From positions 96,001 through 160,000 of the forward strand of contig CAWGSK010000013.1 in NCBI GenBank assembly GCA_963825055.1: DNA of 64,000 nucleotides, in the 5' to 3' direction. The translations under genes and the position numbers were made by a program. Under the pieces are notes generated by a model, which saw only the letters and a list, made by a program, of their open reading frames with translations, was not told the origin of the DNA and did not search any database. Positions 1-11,469 of this stretch are shown here, one piece after another. The stretch is from an uncultured Gemmatimonadales bacterium (GTDB taxonomy: Bacteria; Gemmatimonadota; Gemmatimonadetes; Gemmatimonadales; GWC2-71-9). Numbering within the stretch: position 1 is the stretch's first letter; each line of letters begins with the position of its first letter.

Positions 1-834
1 ACTGCGCGTACAGGCAGAGATACCACGTCCCGTCGGCGGTCAGGCGGCTCCGGTCGCAGTCGCGGCAGAACGGCGCCGTGGTGCTGGCGATGATGCCGAA
101 ACGGGTGCCGTCGGGGAGGGTCCAGGTGTCGGCCGGCGCACGCGGGTCGCCCGCCTCCGCCGTGATCTCCCCGAACCGTGCGCGGATCGCCGCAAGCATC
201 TGCTCCCGGCTCACCACCTGGTCCATCGACCATCCGGTGGCGCCCCCCACGTCCATGTACTCGATGAAGCGGACCTCGATCGCCGCGATCCCTGCCGAAC
301 TCGAGGAGCGGGATGATCTCGTCCTCGTTGAAGCCGCGGATGATCACGGCGTTGAGCTTGGTGCCGGTAAACCCCGCCTCCCGGGCGGCGTCCAGCCCGC
401 GCAGGACATCCGCGTGCCTGCCGCTTCTCGCGAAGCGGGCGAAGCGTCCGGGGTCGAGCGTGTCGAGGCTGACGGTGAGGCGACGGAGCCCGGCCTCGCG
501 GAGCGCCACGGCGTGACGCGCGAGGAGGACCCCGTTGGTGGTGAGCGCCAGGTCATCCGCGCGAGGGACCGCCGCCAGCATCCCCACCAGCGTGGGCAGC
601 TCGTTGCGGAGCAGCGGTTCGCCGCCCGTGAGGCGCAGCTTCCGCGCGCCGAGGGCGGTGAAGAGGCCGGCCAGGCGGGTGGTCTCCTCGAAGGAGAGGA
701 TGGAATCGCGCGGGAGCCAGACATAGCTCTCCTCCGGCATGCAGTAGCGGCAACGGAGGTTGCACCGGTCGGTCACCGAGATGCGGAGGCTCCCGAGCGG
801 GCGGCTCGAAGCGATCCCTCCGGGGAGCCGTCAC
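1..834 (-). CDS. moaA: GTP 3',8-cyclase MoaA (3' end outside window; frameshifted near 805 and ~290)
   Basis: Manual minus-strand reading gives [19 protein letters not shown] (radical SAM CxxxCxxC), [14 protein letters not shown] and, after a frame change, [10 protein letters not shown]. Adjacent to moaE/moaD. Confidence 0.9.
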
Positions 835-1275
835 GATGCGGACCTTCCCTTCCGCCGGTCCCGCCGGGAGCGGTCGGGTCCACCCACGCGACCGACCCGT
901 CGGCGTAGTGCTCGCGCTTCCAGACGGGAAGGCGGGACTTTACTTCCTCGATGACCCATCGGCAGGCGTCGAACGCCTCGGCGCGATGGGGCCCGCCCAC
1001 CGCCACCGCGACCGCGACGTCACCGATGGCGAGCACGCCCGTCCGGTGCCGAAGCGCAACCGTCACGGGCCAGCGGCGCCGGCTTCCTCCAGGATCTCCT
1101 GCGCAACCGACTCGGCCATCTCGGGATAGGCACTGTATTCGAGGCGTTCCACCGCGCGTCCCTGGTGATGATCCCGCACGATGCCGGTGAAGGTCGCCAC
1201 CGCTCCGTGGGCGGCGTCGGCCACGTCGGCCGCAAGGGCGGCCACGTCGATCGGGTCCGCAGTCAGGCAGGCCAT
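831..1275 (-). CDS. moaE: Molybdopterin synthase catalytic subunit MoaE (frameshift ~1080)
   Basis: ORF 1063..1275 (GAVATFTGIVRDH..LEYSAYPEMA) joins ORF 773..1357 (HRTGVLAIGD..HRAEAFDACRWVIEEVKSRLPVWKREHY). 3' end approximate. Confidence 0.88.
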
Positions 1276-1277
1276 GG

Positions 1278-1540
1278 TCAGCCGCCCGCCACCGGAGGCA
1301 GGATGGCCAGTTCGTCTCCCTCGTGGACGATCTCGTCGCCCCGAGCCTGGACGGCATTGAGCGCGCAGAGCGGCCGGGGCGGGATCACCTCGGCCCCGGG
1401 AACGGTGGAGCGGATGCGCTGAGCAGGTCCCGAACGGTCACCGGGCCGTCGAAGGGGAGCGCAAGGCGTTCCACCCCCACGAGTTCCGCGTACCGGGCGA
1501 AGAACCGAACCTCAATCGTTGCCGTGCGGGTCTGTGTCAT
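1278..1540 (-). CDS. moaD: Molybdopterin sulfur carrier MoaD/ThiS family (frameshift ~1385-1410)
   Basis: N-terminus IEVRFFARYAELVG. C-terminus in another frame reads GDELAILPPVAGG-stop (terminal GG). Confidence 0.85.
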
Positions 1541-1621
1541 CTGGTCCGTTCGAAACAAAATGGGCCGCGATGGGTGAACCATCGGGCGAGACGTGGTGTT
1601 CCCGAAATCCCGGTGGAACGC

Positions 1622-1650
1622 AAAAGGGGAGCCGGACACCCGGCTCCCCT
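1622..1650 (-). terminator. Rho-independent terminator downstream of HU gene
   Basis: Minus strand AGGGGAGCCGG-GTGT-CCGGCTCCCC-TTTT: GC hairpin followed by a U-tract. Confidence 0.7.
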
Positions 1651-1672
1651 CTGTGCCCCCGTGTCCAGCGCC

Positions 1673-2011
1673 TCAGGAGGAGGAAGCGGCGGCCTCTCCC
1701 GGCCCGGAGGACTGGTCCTCCTCCGCAACCATTGTCCGTAACTCCTTGCTGGGCTTGAACACCGGGACGGGACGCGCCGCCACTTCCACCGGCTCACCCG
1801 TCCTGGGGTTCCGCGCCATCCTGGTCTTCCGCCGCCGGATCTTGAACGTTCCGAATCCGCGGACTTCGATGTTCTGCTGGTTGCTCAATGCCAGCTTGAT
1901 CGCGTCAAGAAACGCGTCCACCACCCGGGCACAATCCTTCTTGGAGATCATGGGGCCGGAGGTGCGGGCGATCGAGGCCGTGACCTGCTCCACGAGATCA
2001 GCTTTGGTCAT
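1673..2011 (-). CDS. HU/IHF family nucleoid-associated protein
   Basis: MTKADLVEQV..IEVRGFGTFKIRRRKTRMARNPRTGEPVEV..PVFKPSKEL. Confidence 0.95.
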   Translation of the reverse strand: MTKADLVEQVTASIARTSGPMISKKDCARVVDAFLDAIKLALSNQQNIEVRGFGTFKIRRRKTRMARNPRTGEPVEVAARPVPVFKPSKELRTMVAEEDQSSGPGEAAASSS

Positions 2012-2111
2012 TCATCCCCCTGGAAGACACGCCAAAAGGGTTCCTCGCGGAGAGGGCACCCAGAGGCGATAGTACGGGCTTACCTGTTGACTGTCAAGGG
2101 GTTGGGGCGCC

Positions 2112-3209
2112 TCAGGCGCCCCGATCCCGGATCAGGCGCAGGAATTGGCCAAAATGGGGGTAGGCATCGTGGGGTCCCGGAGAGGCCTCCGGGTGATACT
2201 GAACGGCGAAAATCGGTAAGTCCTTGTGTCGCAATCCCTCAACCGTTCCATCGTTCAGGTTGAGATGCGTAACCTCGAGATCCGGGGCCCCGGGCACGCC
2301 GGATTCGTCTCCCTCAACGGCGAAACCGTGGTTCTGCGAGGTGATCAGGACCTTCCCGGTGGCAAGATCCTTGACGGGGTGGTTTCCGCCCCGGTGCCCG
2401 TACGGCATCTTCGTGGTCCGCCCGCCAAAGCTCAAGGCCAGGAGCTGGTGCCCCAGGCAAATCCCGAAGGTGGGGACACCCGATTCGGCGACCGCCCGGA
2501 TGGGGCCGAAGGCGTAATCGACAGCGGCGGGATCGCCCGGGCCATTGCTGAGGAAGAGACCGTCCGGCTTGAGGTCCATGATCTCCTGTGCCGTAGCCCT
2601 CGCGGGAACGACCGTCACCCGAAAGCCCCGTCCCACCAGCATTTCCACGATATTCCGCTTCATGCCGAAGTCGCAGGCCACCACGTGCGGGCCTTCACCC
2701 TCGCTGTAGGCCGCCTCGACGGTCGCCCGCGAGGCGAGGTCCAGGCCGTCCATGGAGGGGGACGCCGCGAGCCGGCTCTCGAGGTCCCGCGATGGAGCGG
2801 TTCCCTCGGCGATCACCCCGCGCATGGCGCCGCGTTCCCGGATGTGCCGGGTGAGCCGGCGGGTGTCGACCTGCGCGATCACCGGGATGCCGTGCTCGCC
2901 CAGCCATTCACCGAGGTCCTGGGTTGCACGCCAGTTGCTCGCCCGACGTGCCAGTTCCCGGACGACGACGCCCGAGACCTGGGGCGATTTCGACTCCATG
3001 TCCTCCGGATTGACGCCGTAGTTGCCGATCATGGGCGCTGTCATGACGACGATCTGCCCCATGTAACTGGGGTCCGTGAACGTCTCCTGGTAGCCGCTCA
3101 TGCTGGTGGTGAAGACCACCTCGCCGAAGACCGGCCCACCAGGGGACGTCAGTTCCCCGGCATACCAGGTGCCGTCTTCGAGCAACACGAATGCGGGGCG
3201 GCCGGTCAT
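2112..3209 (-). CDS. carA: Carbamoyl-phosphate synthase small subunit
   Basis: GEVVFTTSMSGYQE..DPSY, LSNGPGDP, FGICLGHQ, SQNHGF, VQYHPEASPGPHD. Confidence 0.97.
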   Translation of the reverse strand: MTGRPAFVLLEDGTWYAGELTSPGGPVFGEVVFTTSMSGYQETFTDPSYMGQIVVMTAPMIGNYGVNPEDMESKSPQVSGVVVRELARRASNWRATQDLGEWLGEHGIPVIAQVDTRRLTRHIRERGAMRGVIAEGTAPSRDLESRLAASPSMDGLDLASRATVEAAYSEGEGPHVVACDFGMKRNIVEMLVGRGFRVTVVPARATAQEIMDLKPDGLFLSNGPGDPAAVDYAFGPIRAVAESGVPTFGICLGHQLLALSFGGRTTKMPYGHRGGNHPVKDLATGKVLITSQNHGFAVEGDESGVPGAPDLEVTHLNLNDGTVEGLRHKDLPIFAVQYHPEASPGPHDAYPHFGQFLRLIRDRGA

Positions 3210-3243
3210 CCGGCAGCCCCGCGACGTACGCATGCCGCCATGA

Positions 3244-3612
3244 TCAATTCGTGGAGTCCGGCGCCCCGGTTACCGGCGCCTGTGGCACCGCCGGGGTCGT
3301 GTTGTCGAGCGGGAGCGGCGCCGTCTGCGTGGGTGCGCCGGTCCCCTGCTGAAGCCGCTGCTGCAGTTCCGTGGTGCCCGCACTGCGGTTGGCCAGCATC
3401 ACCGACATCAGGAGCGACAGGAAGAGGAAGATCCCCCCGCCCCACCATGTGGCGCGGGTCAGGACGGTCACCGCCTGCCGGCCGCCGACGACCATGTCGG
3501 TCGAGCCGCCGCCCAGCGCGGCCAGGCCGCCGCCCTGTCCGGCCTGGAGCAGGATCGCGGTCGCGAGGACAATCGCGTCGATGATGAGCAGAATGAGCAG
3601 AAAAGTGTACAT
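3244..3612 (-). CDS. secG: Preprotein translocase subunit SecG
   Basis: Two TM segments, ILLQAGQGGGLAALGGGS and LTRAT. Downstream of tpiA as usual. Confidence 0.9.
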   Translation of the reverse strand: MYTFLLILLIIDAIVLATAILLQAGQGGGLAALGGGSTDMVVGGRQAVTVLTRATWWGGGIFLFLSLLMSVMLANRSAGTTELQQRLQQGTGAPTQTAPLPLDNTTPAVPQAPVTGAPDSTN

Positions 3613-3650
3613 GGGTCCCGGGTTCTGGTTTAGCCGGAAAATATAAGCGG

Positions 3651-3747
3651 GAGGGGTCGAGGGGTCGAGGGGTCGAGGGGTCGAGGGGTCGAGGGGTCGG
3701 CAGGCGGCAGGCGGCAGGCGGCAGGCGGCAGGCGGCAGGCGGCAGGC
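3651..3747 (+). repeat. Tandem tracts (GAGGGGTC)x6 then (GGCAGGC)x7
   Basis: Read directly at 3651-3698 and 3699-3747. Confidence 0.95.
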
Positions 3748-3781
3748 AGCGGCGGCAGCCCGGAAGGTACTCACCGCCCAT

Positions 3782-3830
3782 TCACTACTCACTACTCACT
3801 ACTCACTACCCACTACTCACTGCTCACCAT
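3782..3830 (+). repeat. Tandem heptamer (TCACTAC)n, degenerate at right, containing the tpiA stop
   Basis: tcactac x4, ccactac, tcactgc, tcaccat. Confidence 0.9.
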
Positions 3831-4563
3831 CAACAACCTCCACCCAGATCCCCACCTCCAGGCTCGCCCCGCCCACCAGCACGCCGTCGAGTTCCTCCTC
3901 CGCCAGCAGGGCCTCGATGTTCTTCTGGTTGACGCTGCCGCCATAGAGGATGCGTGGCCCGGTGTGGCCCCGGGAGGTGAGTTCGGCCCGGAGCACCCGA
4001 TGGACCGCTGCGGCGTCCTCCGGCGTGGCGTTCCGCCCGGTGCCGATGGCCCAGACCGGCTCGTAGGCCACGACCACGCGGGAGATCTCGTCCGGCGAGA
4101 GGGTCGAGCAGGCCGTGCCCAGCTGGCGCACGACCACCTTCCCGGTCTCGCCCTCCTCACGCTCCTCCAGCTTCTCGCCCACGCAGAGCAGCGGGGTCAT
4201 GCCCGCACCGAGCAGCGCGCGAACCTTCCTGGCGGTGTCGGCCTCGGACTCGCCGAACAGGTGGCGGCGCTCCGAGTGCCCCACCAGCGCCACGGTGGCG
4301 CCGGCGCCCTGTGCCAGCGGAATGGAGGTGGCACCGGTGAAGGCGCCTTTCGGCTCCCAGTGCACGTCCTGCGCGCCCACCCGGATGTCGGGGCGGCCGG
4401 CGAAGGCCTGCGACGCGGCCTCGATGCTTACCGCGCTCGGGAAGAACCAGATGTCCCGGCCATCCACCGGCTGTACCCGGGCGAGAAAGTCTTTCGCAAA
4501 CGCGCGGACTTCTCCGGGCGCGAGGTGCATTTTCCAGTTAGCGGCAAAGAGCAGGGGTCGCAT
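3817..4563 (-). CDS. tpiA: Triosephosphate isomerase
   Basis: AANWKMH, GHSERR, VAYEPVWAIGTG, LYGGSV, LVGGASL. Confidence 0.98.
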   Translation of the reverse strand: MRPLLFAANWKMHLAPGEVRAFAKDFLARVQPVDGRDIWFFPSAVSIEAASQAFAGRPDIRVGAQDVHWEPKGAFTGATSIPLAQGAGATVALVGHSERRHLFGESEADTARKVRALLGAGMTPLLCVGEKLEEREEGETGKVVVRQLGTACSTLSPDEISRVVVAYEPVWAIGTGRNATPEDAAAVHRVLRAELTSRGHTGPRILYGGSVNQKNIEALLAEEELDGVLVGGASLEVGIWVEVVDGEQ

Positions 4564-4566
4564 CAG

Positions 4567-5753
4567 TCAGGCCTCGTCGAGGGCGGCGACGCCGGGGAGG
4601 GTCCTGCCCTCGAGAAACTCGAGGGATGCCCCTCCGCCGGTGGACACGTGGGTCATGCGGTCCGACAACCCGGCCTCCGCCACCGCCGCCGCGGAGTCGC
4701 CTCCGCCGACGATGGTCACGGCTCCCGCGTCGGCCGCCTCCGCCATGGCCGTGGCCACGGCGCGCGTGCCATGATCGAACGGCGGGGTTTCGAACACGCC
4801 CATGGGGCCGTTCCAGATGACGGTGCCGGCGCCACGGATTCGTGACGCGAAGGCCTGCTCGGTCTCCGGATCGATGTCGAAGACCGCCCAGCCCGCCGGG
4901 ATGCTGTCCCGGGCGACGGTCCGGGTCTTCGCTGCCTTCTCCAGCCTCTCGGCGATCACGCCGCCGGAGGGCAGGACGAGCGTGTCACCCGCCTTCCCGA
5001 TCAGCTCGCGGGCCATCTCCACCCGGTCCTCTTCCACGAGCGAGGTGCCGGTCTCGATCCCCATCGCCCGGAAGAAGGTGCACGCCATCGCCCCGCCGAT
5101 CAGGATCCCGTCAACTTTCGGCAACAGCGCCTCGACCAGGTCGATCTTGCCGGAGATCTTGGCGCCGCCCAGCACGGCGACGAATGGACGCTTCGGGTCC
5201 CGGAGGGCCTCACCCAGGTAGTGGAGTTCTTTCTCCATCAGGAACCCGGACACCGCCGGCTTCAGCAGGTGGGCCACGGCCTCGGTGCTTGCATGCGCCC
5301 GATGGGCCGACCCGAACGCATCGTTCACGTACAGATCGCCCAGCGCGGCGAACGCCTTCGCCAGTTCAGGGTCGTTCTTCTCTTCCCCTGTCTGGAAGCG
5401 GGTGTTCTCCAGCAGGGCCACGGCCCCGCGCGGCAGCCGCTTCGTGGCGGCGATCGTCTCGGGGCTCAGCGGATCGTCGAGAAACTTTACCGGCTCGCCG
5501 AGGAGCGACTCGAGCGCCCGCGCGACGGGATGCAGGCTGAACTGCGGGTCGGCCTTGCCCTTCGGACGGCCCAGGTGGGAGAGCAGGATGACGCGGGCGC
5601 CGTGTTCGCGCAGGTAGTTGATGGTCGGAAGCGCCGCACGGATACGCGTGTCGTCCGTCACGCGCCCGTCGGCCAGCGGGGTGTTGAAGTCCACCCGCAC
5701 GAGCGCGCGCTGGCCCTCGAGCGTTGAGGCGGGGAGCGACTGCAGGCTCCGCT

Positions 5754-5757
<4 letters not shown>
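4567..5757 (-). CDS. pgk: Phosphoglycerate kinase
   Basis: [57 protein letters not shown] start overlaps the gap stop. Confidence 0.97.
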
Positions 5758-6761
<1,004 letters not shown>

Positions 6762-6791
6762 GCCGTTCTCCTGTGTCGGTAAGGTCCTGCC

Positions 6792-7523
6792 CTAGTGTCT
6801 CCGGTCCACCTGCAATCTAGCCCGGGCGAAGGTGACGGCGTCGACCGCGGACGCACCAGCCGCACGCAGCGCCATCGCGGCCGAGACGAGGGTCGCGCCG
6901 GTGGTGCAGACATCGTCCACCAGGACCGGCCGCCCGAGGGGAGGCACGGCTGCCCGGAAGGCGCCCGCCACGTTGGCCAGCCGGGCCTCCGGCGGCAGCG
7001 AGGTCTGGGTCGGCGTCTCCCTCGCTCGCGCCAGCACGTCCTCCCGGACCGGCAGCCCCAGCAGGCGCCCGAGTGCGTGGGCCAGACACGCGCTCTGGTT
7101 GTAGCCGCGCTCGCGACGGCGCCGGATGCCCAGCGGTACCGGCACCAGGAATACTGGCCCGGTCAACGGAGTTAAACCCGTCATCACCCGGGCCATCGAT
7201 TCCGTCACGCGCCACCAGCCTTCATACTTCGCCTGGTGCACCGCGTCACGCGCGCCACCGTCGAGCCACACCGCGCTCCGGACCCGACCCGGCACCGTGG
7301 GCCAGTCGGCGCAGAGCCGGCAGCCCACCTCCGGCAGGAGCCGGGGCTGGCCACACCGCTCGCAGGAGGGTTCGGGAAGCCGCTCCCACCGGGAACGGCA
7401 CAGCGCGCAGACGAGCGGGTCGCCCTGCCCCGCCCCGATCGGCTCCTGGCACAGCAGGCACTCGGCAGGCAGCAGCCACCGCTCCGCTCCCGCCAGCACA
7501 CCGGCGAGTTCAGCCAAGCGCAC
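6792..7523 (-). CDS. comF: ComF family protein (double zinc ribbon + PRTase)
   Basis: CxxC pairs, RERGYNQS, LVDDVCTTGATL. Confidence 0.88.
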   Translation of the reverse strand: MRLAELAGVLAGAERWLLPAECLLCQEPIGAGQGDPLVCALCRSRWERLPEPSCERCGQPRLLPEVGCRLCADWPTVPGRVRSAVWLDGGARDAVHQAKYEGWWRVTESMARVMTGLTPLTGPVFLVPVPLGIRRRRERGYNQSACLAHALGRLLGLPVREDVLARARETPTQTSLPPEARLANVAGAFRAAVPPLGRPVLVDDVCTTGATLVSAAMALRAAGASAVDAVTFARARLQVDRRH

Positions 7524-8313
7524 GATGCACCGCCGCCCGCATGACCTCCACCGGCGCCGCCACGCCGGGAAACCACCGCTCGAACGCCTCGGCGCCCTGC
7601 GCGACCAGCATGAGACGGCCGTCGGAGGCTCGCGCTCCCGCCCGGCGCATGGCACGGATCCAGGCGGTCTCGCCGCGATGATAGACGAGGTCCAGCGCCA
7701 CCTCCACCCCCGACAGGGACGTGGGCTCTGCGGGCAGTGGATCGTCATCGCGATGGCCCAGGGGCGTGGCATTGATGGCGACGCGGCAGGCGGCCTCGTC
7801 CGCCCGTGCTCCGCCTTCCTGCTCGACCCATGAGAGAAAGGCGTCCCGGCGCTCCGCCGACCGCGACCGGGCCGCGACCGGCACCCCCTGCTCGATGGCC
7901 GCGAGGGCCGACGCGCGCGCGGCGCTCCCCGTGCCGAGCACGAGCCATCCGCCCCCGGGAGCCCCAAGCTCGTGGAGGGAGCCCAGCACCCCGGTGACAT
8001 CGGTGTTCTCACCGTGGAGCGTCCCGCCACGTCCGAAGAACGTGTTGCAGGCACCCGTGCGCTCGACCCTTCCCGAGGCATGACTGACCGCCGCACGGGC
8101 CCGCGCCTTGAACGGGGCGGTCACGTTGCCGCCGCCGCCATCGGCGGCCAGGGTGCGCATGAGGGAGGGAACGTCCTCAGGGGCAGGACGAAGGGCGACA
8201 TACACCGCGTCCAGACCCAGGGCCAGGAAAGCGGCGTTCTGCATCACGGGCGAGAGCGAGTGGGCCACGGGATCGCCAATCACGGCGAACACGCGGGTGC
8301 TACCCCTGATCAC
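7510..8313 (-). CDS. aroE: Shikimate dehydrogenase
   Basis: IGDPVAHSLSPVMQN, NVTAPFK, ENTD, INATPLG, MLVAQG. Confidence 0.93.
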   Translation of the reverse strand: MIRGSTRVFAVIGDPVAHSLSPVMQNAAFLALGLDAVYVALRPAPEDVPSLMRTLAADGGGGNVTAPFKARARAAVSHASGRVERTGACNTFFGRGGTLHGENTDVTGVLGSLHELGAPGGGWLVLGTGSAARASALAAIEQGVPVAARSRSAERRDAFLSWVEQEGGARADEAACRVAINATPLGHRDDDPLPAEPTSLSGVEVALDLVYHRGETAWIRAMRRAGARASDGRLMLVAQGAEAFERWFPGVAAPVEVMRAAVHRALG

Positions 8314-8770
8314 GTCCCGCCTCCCGCTCCATCCGTTCGAGCGTGTCCTCGATCAGGGCACGCAGCTCGATCCCGGTTTCGCGGTACATCTCCAGGTCGG
8401 CGCCGAACGGGTCCAGCACCTCCGCGTCCTCCGTATTCCGCCCGGCATACTCGCCGAGCAGGTGCACGCGATCGCCACCGCCGAGCGCGCGGGCGGCCTC
8501 CGCGTGATGGGGAGACATGGTCAGGATGAGGTCGGCCGACTCGACCAGGCCCTGGTCCAGCGGGCGCGAGCGGTGGGTGGAAAGATCGATCCCCTGCTCC
8601 AGCGCCACGAGATACGACCCCTCCGAGGCAGGCTCGCCGCCCGGGGCACTGGTACCCGCCGAGCTCACGGCAATGCCGACCATGCCACGTTCGGCCAGCA
8701 TCGCGCGCATGATGCCTTCGGCGAGCGGGCTGCGGCAGGTGTTGCCGGTGCAGACGAAGAGCACGTGCAT
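8300..8770 (-). CDS. Low molecular weight protein tyrosine/arginine phosphatase
   Basis: VCTGNTCRSPLAE P-loop, DPFG. Confidence 0.93.
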   Translation of the reverse strand: MHVLFVCTGNTCRSPLAEGIMRAMLAERGMVGIAVSSAGTSAPGGEPASEGSYLVALEQGIDLSTHRSRPLDQGLVESADLILTMSPHHAEAARALGGGDRVHLLGEYAGRNTEDAEVLDPFGADLEMYRETGIELRALIEDTLERMEREAGRDQG

Positions 8771-8781
8771 GCGCGCAGTCC

Positions 8782-9432
8782 TCAGGGAGCGAGGCGCCCG
8801 ACGGCGCGACGGAGTTCTTCACGGGGAATGGCCCCCGCGCGGACGAGTGCCGGGATGCGCGCGGTGCAGTCCACCAGGGTGGATGCAGGAACGTTGCCGA
8901 GGGCACCACCATCCAGCACCAGGAGCTGTCCGCTGTCGACCGCCTCGCGGAACAGCTCCGCCAGGGCCGTCGCCCCGGGAGCCGGCCGGCCCCCCGGGCG
9001 GTTCGCCGAGGTCGAGGTGATCGGGTAGCCCAGCTCGGACACCATCCGCGCGATCCCGGGATGCGAGGTATACCGCACCGCGATGCCGCCCTCGGGACCA
9101 CGCAGCCGGTCGGGCAGCTTCCCTTCCGCGCCGCGAAGCACGAGCGTGAGAGGCCCGGGCCAGAATACGTCGGCCATCGCCGCGGCCGATGGCGTAAACA
9201 CGAGGCCGTGCTCCTCCGCCATCCGCCTGCTCGACACGAGGAGCAGGAAGGGTTTCCCCTTCGGCCGGCCCTTGAGTTCGGCGAGCGCGCTGGTGCCGGC
9301 ATCGTCAGCGGAGCTGCCGAGCCCGTAGACCGTCTCCGTGGGGTAGCCCAGCAGGCCGCCGGACCGGAGATGCCGGTCCACCCCGGGAATGGCGGCGGTC
9401 ACGTCCTCCGGCGTCACGAACGGGAGGATCAT
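8782..9432 (-). CDS. tsaC: L-threonylcarbamoyladenylate synthase (Sua5/YrdC)
   Basis: YPTETVYGL, KGRP, FWPGPLTLV, STSAN. Confidence 0.92.
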   Translation of the reverse strand: MILPFVTPEDVTAAIPGVDRHLRSGGLLGYPTETVYGLGSSADDAGTSALAELKGRPKGKPFLLLVSSRRMAEEHGLVFTPSAAAMADVFWPGPLTLVLRGAEGKLPDRLRGPEGGIAVRYTSHPGIARMVSELGYPITSTSANRPGGRPAPGATALAELFREAVDSGQLLVLDGGALGNVPASTLVDCTARIPALVRAGAIPREELRRAVGRLAP

Positions 9433-10127
9433 GTCGCCACCCCGAGCAGGGCCTCGGCGATGGCGAGGTCGTCCGGCGACGTGATCTTGAGGTTCCGCGG
9501 GGAGTCCGGCACGATGTGCACCGGCCGGCCGAGGCGCTCGACCAGTTCGGCATCGTCGGTGGGGGGGCCGGAGCCATCGTCCCGGGCGGCGTGCGCCGCC
9601 TCCAGCGTATCCCGGAGGAATCCCTGCGGGGTCTGGGCGCGCCAGAGTCCGCGACGCGAGACGGTCTCCGCAATCCGGCGGCCATCGCTCCGGTCGTCCA
9701 CCCGCTTGAGCGTGTCGGCGAGGGGGATGGCGGCAATGGCGGCGCCGTGGGCCCGCGCCGCATCGATCACGCGGTCGATGGTGCCGTGATCGACCAGCGG
9801 GCGGGCGCCGTCGTGCACCAGCACCACGCGACAGGCACCGGAGAGCGCGCTGAGTCCGGCAGCCACCGAGTCGGCGCGCTCCTCCCCGCCAGGTACCAGG
9901 GTAAGCGTGCCGGCACGAAGCTCTGCGAGCCACGAAGGCGGTGCCGCGATGGCATCGGACGGGAGAACGACGACCGTCTCCACCACGTCCGCGTGCGCGA
10001 CAAACGGCCGCAGCGCGCGCAGGAGCACCGGTACGCCACCGAGCAGGAGGAATTGCTTCGGCATCTCCTCCCCCATACGCCGTCCGCGACCGCCGGCGAC
10101 CATGATCACCCCGACGTCACGCGGCAA
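9429..10127 (-). CDS. ispD: 2-C-methyl-D-erythritol 4-phosphate cytidylyltransferase
   Basis: AGGRGRRMG..PKQF, LVHDGARP, AQTPQGF, TDDA, NLKITSPDDL. Start approximate. Confidence 0.93.
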   Translation of the reverse strand: MPRDVGVIMVAGGRGRRMGEEMPKQFLLLGGVPVLLRALRPFVAHADVVETVVVLPSDAIAAPPSWLAELRAGTLTLVPGGEERADSVAAGLSALSGACRVVLVHDGARPLVDHGTIDRVIDAARAHGAAIAAIPLADTLKRVDDRSDGRRIAETVSRRGLWRAQTPQGFLRDTLEAAHAARDDGSGPPTDDAELVERLGRPVHIVPDSPRNLKITSPDDLAIAEALLGVAT

Positions 10128-11469
10128 GCGACCGCACCAGCTCGTCCACCCGGCCAAGCCCGATGAGTTCGATGCCGCCCGTCTGGGTACTGCTCCGGTC
10201 CGAGACGTACACGCGGCGGAATCCGAGGCGCGCCGCCTCGGCGAGTCGACGGTCGAGCCCCGCGATCGGCCGCACCTCACCACCCAGGCCGATCTCGCCC
10301 AGGAAAAGCGCGTCCACCGGGGCGGCGCGGTCCTGCAGGCTGGACACCAGGGCCGCGGCCACGGCAAGATCGGCACCCGGCTCGGTGATGCGCACGCCCG
10401 CGCTGGCCTGCACGAAGACGTCCAGCGCGCTGAATGACATGTTCGCGCGCCGCTCCAGCACCGCGAGGAGCACGGCAAGCCGTTTCTGGTCGAGCCCGGT
10501 CGCCACGCGCTGCGGCGTGCCGTATCCGGAGTGCGCGGCCAGGGCCTGGATCTCCACCAGCACCGGGCGGGTGCCTTCCATGAGGGCCGTGACGGCGCTG
10601 CCGCTGATGCCGGGGGCGCGCGCGCCCAGGAAGAGCGCGCTTGGGTTGGCCACCGGAACGAGACCCTGCTGCCCCATCGCGAACACGCCGAGCTCGTCCA
10701 CGCTGCCGAAGCGGTTCTTGGTGGCGCGGAGCAGGCGGTAGTCGTGACCGCCCTCGCCCTCGAAGTAGAGCACCGTGTCCACGATGTGCTCGAGCGTCTT
10801 CGGACCCGCGATCCCGCCGCCCTTGGTCACGTGCCCGACTGTCACGACCGCGGTGCCGGTCTCCTTGGCGAAGCGCATGAGGCGGGCGGCACACTCCCGT
10901 ACCTGGCCCACGTTGCCGGGGGCGCCCTCGAGCGTCTCGGTGTAGACGGTCTGGATGGAGTCGAGCACGAGCACGTCGGCGGGGAGCTGGGCCGCGGCAT
11001 CCAGGATGGCCTCGAGACGGGTCTCGCCCATCACGTGCACGGCGCCCGCGTCCTCGGCGAGGCGCGCGCCGCGCAGGCGCAGCTGGTCGGGCGACTCCTC
11101 CCCGCTGGCATAGAGCATCCGGCGGCCGGCGGCCTCCAGCCGCGCCGAGGTCTGAAGCAGCAGCGTGGACTTGCCGATGCCAGGTTCGCCGCCCACCAGG
11201 ATCATCGAGCCGGGCACGATCCCGCCGCCGAGGACGAAGTCGAATTCGTCCAACCCGGTCTTCCACCGCTCGAGTGCCGGCTCGGCGATGTCCCGCAGCC
11301 GGTTGACCGGGGCGCCCTCACGCCCGCGCGAGGCCCGGCGCGCCGGCTGCAGTGCCAGCGGCTCCTCGGCCACGGTGTTCCAGGCCCCGCATCCTTCGCA
11401 GCGGCCGGCCCACTTGGGATGGTCATGGCCGCACTCCGTGCACCGGTAGACCGAGCGGGCCCGTGCCAT
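10117..11469 (-). CDS. radA: DNA repair protein RadA/Sms
   Basis: N-terminal C4 zinc finger, GGEPGIGKSTLLLQ, KNRFG, GEIGLGGEVR. Confidence 0.97.
   Translation of the reverse strand: MARARSVYRCTECGHDHPKWAGRCEGCGAWNTVAEEPLALQPARRASRGREGAPVNRLRDIAEPALERWKTGLDEFDFVLGGGIVPGSMILVGGEPGIGKSTLLLQTSARLEAAGRRMLYASGEESPDQLRLRGARLAEDAGAVHVMGETRLEAILDAAAQLPADVLVLDSIQTVYTETLEGAPGNVGQVRECAARLMRFAKETGTAVVTVGHVTKGGGIAGPKTLEHIVDTVLYFEGEGGHDYRLLRATKNRFGSVDELGVFAMGQQGLVPVANPSALFLGARAPGISGSAVTALMEGTRPVLVEIQALAAHSGYGTPQRVATGLDQKRLAVLLAVLERRANMSFSALDVFVQASAGVRITEPGADLAVAAALVSSLQDRAAPVDALFLGEIGLGGEVRPIAGLDRRLAEAARLGFRRVYVSDRSSTQTGGIELIGLGRVDELVRSLAA

Noticed and set aside
1..1540. moaA/moaE/moaD as true pseudogenes or programmed frameshifts
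   Set aside because: Single indels with otherwise intact motifs and no slippery-site pattern. The same error type occurs throughout the window, so assembly error is more likely.
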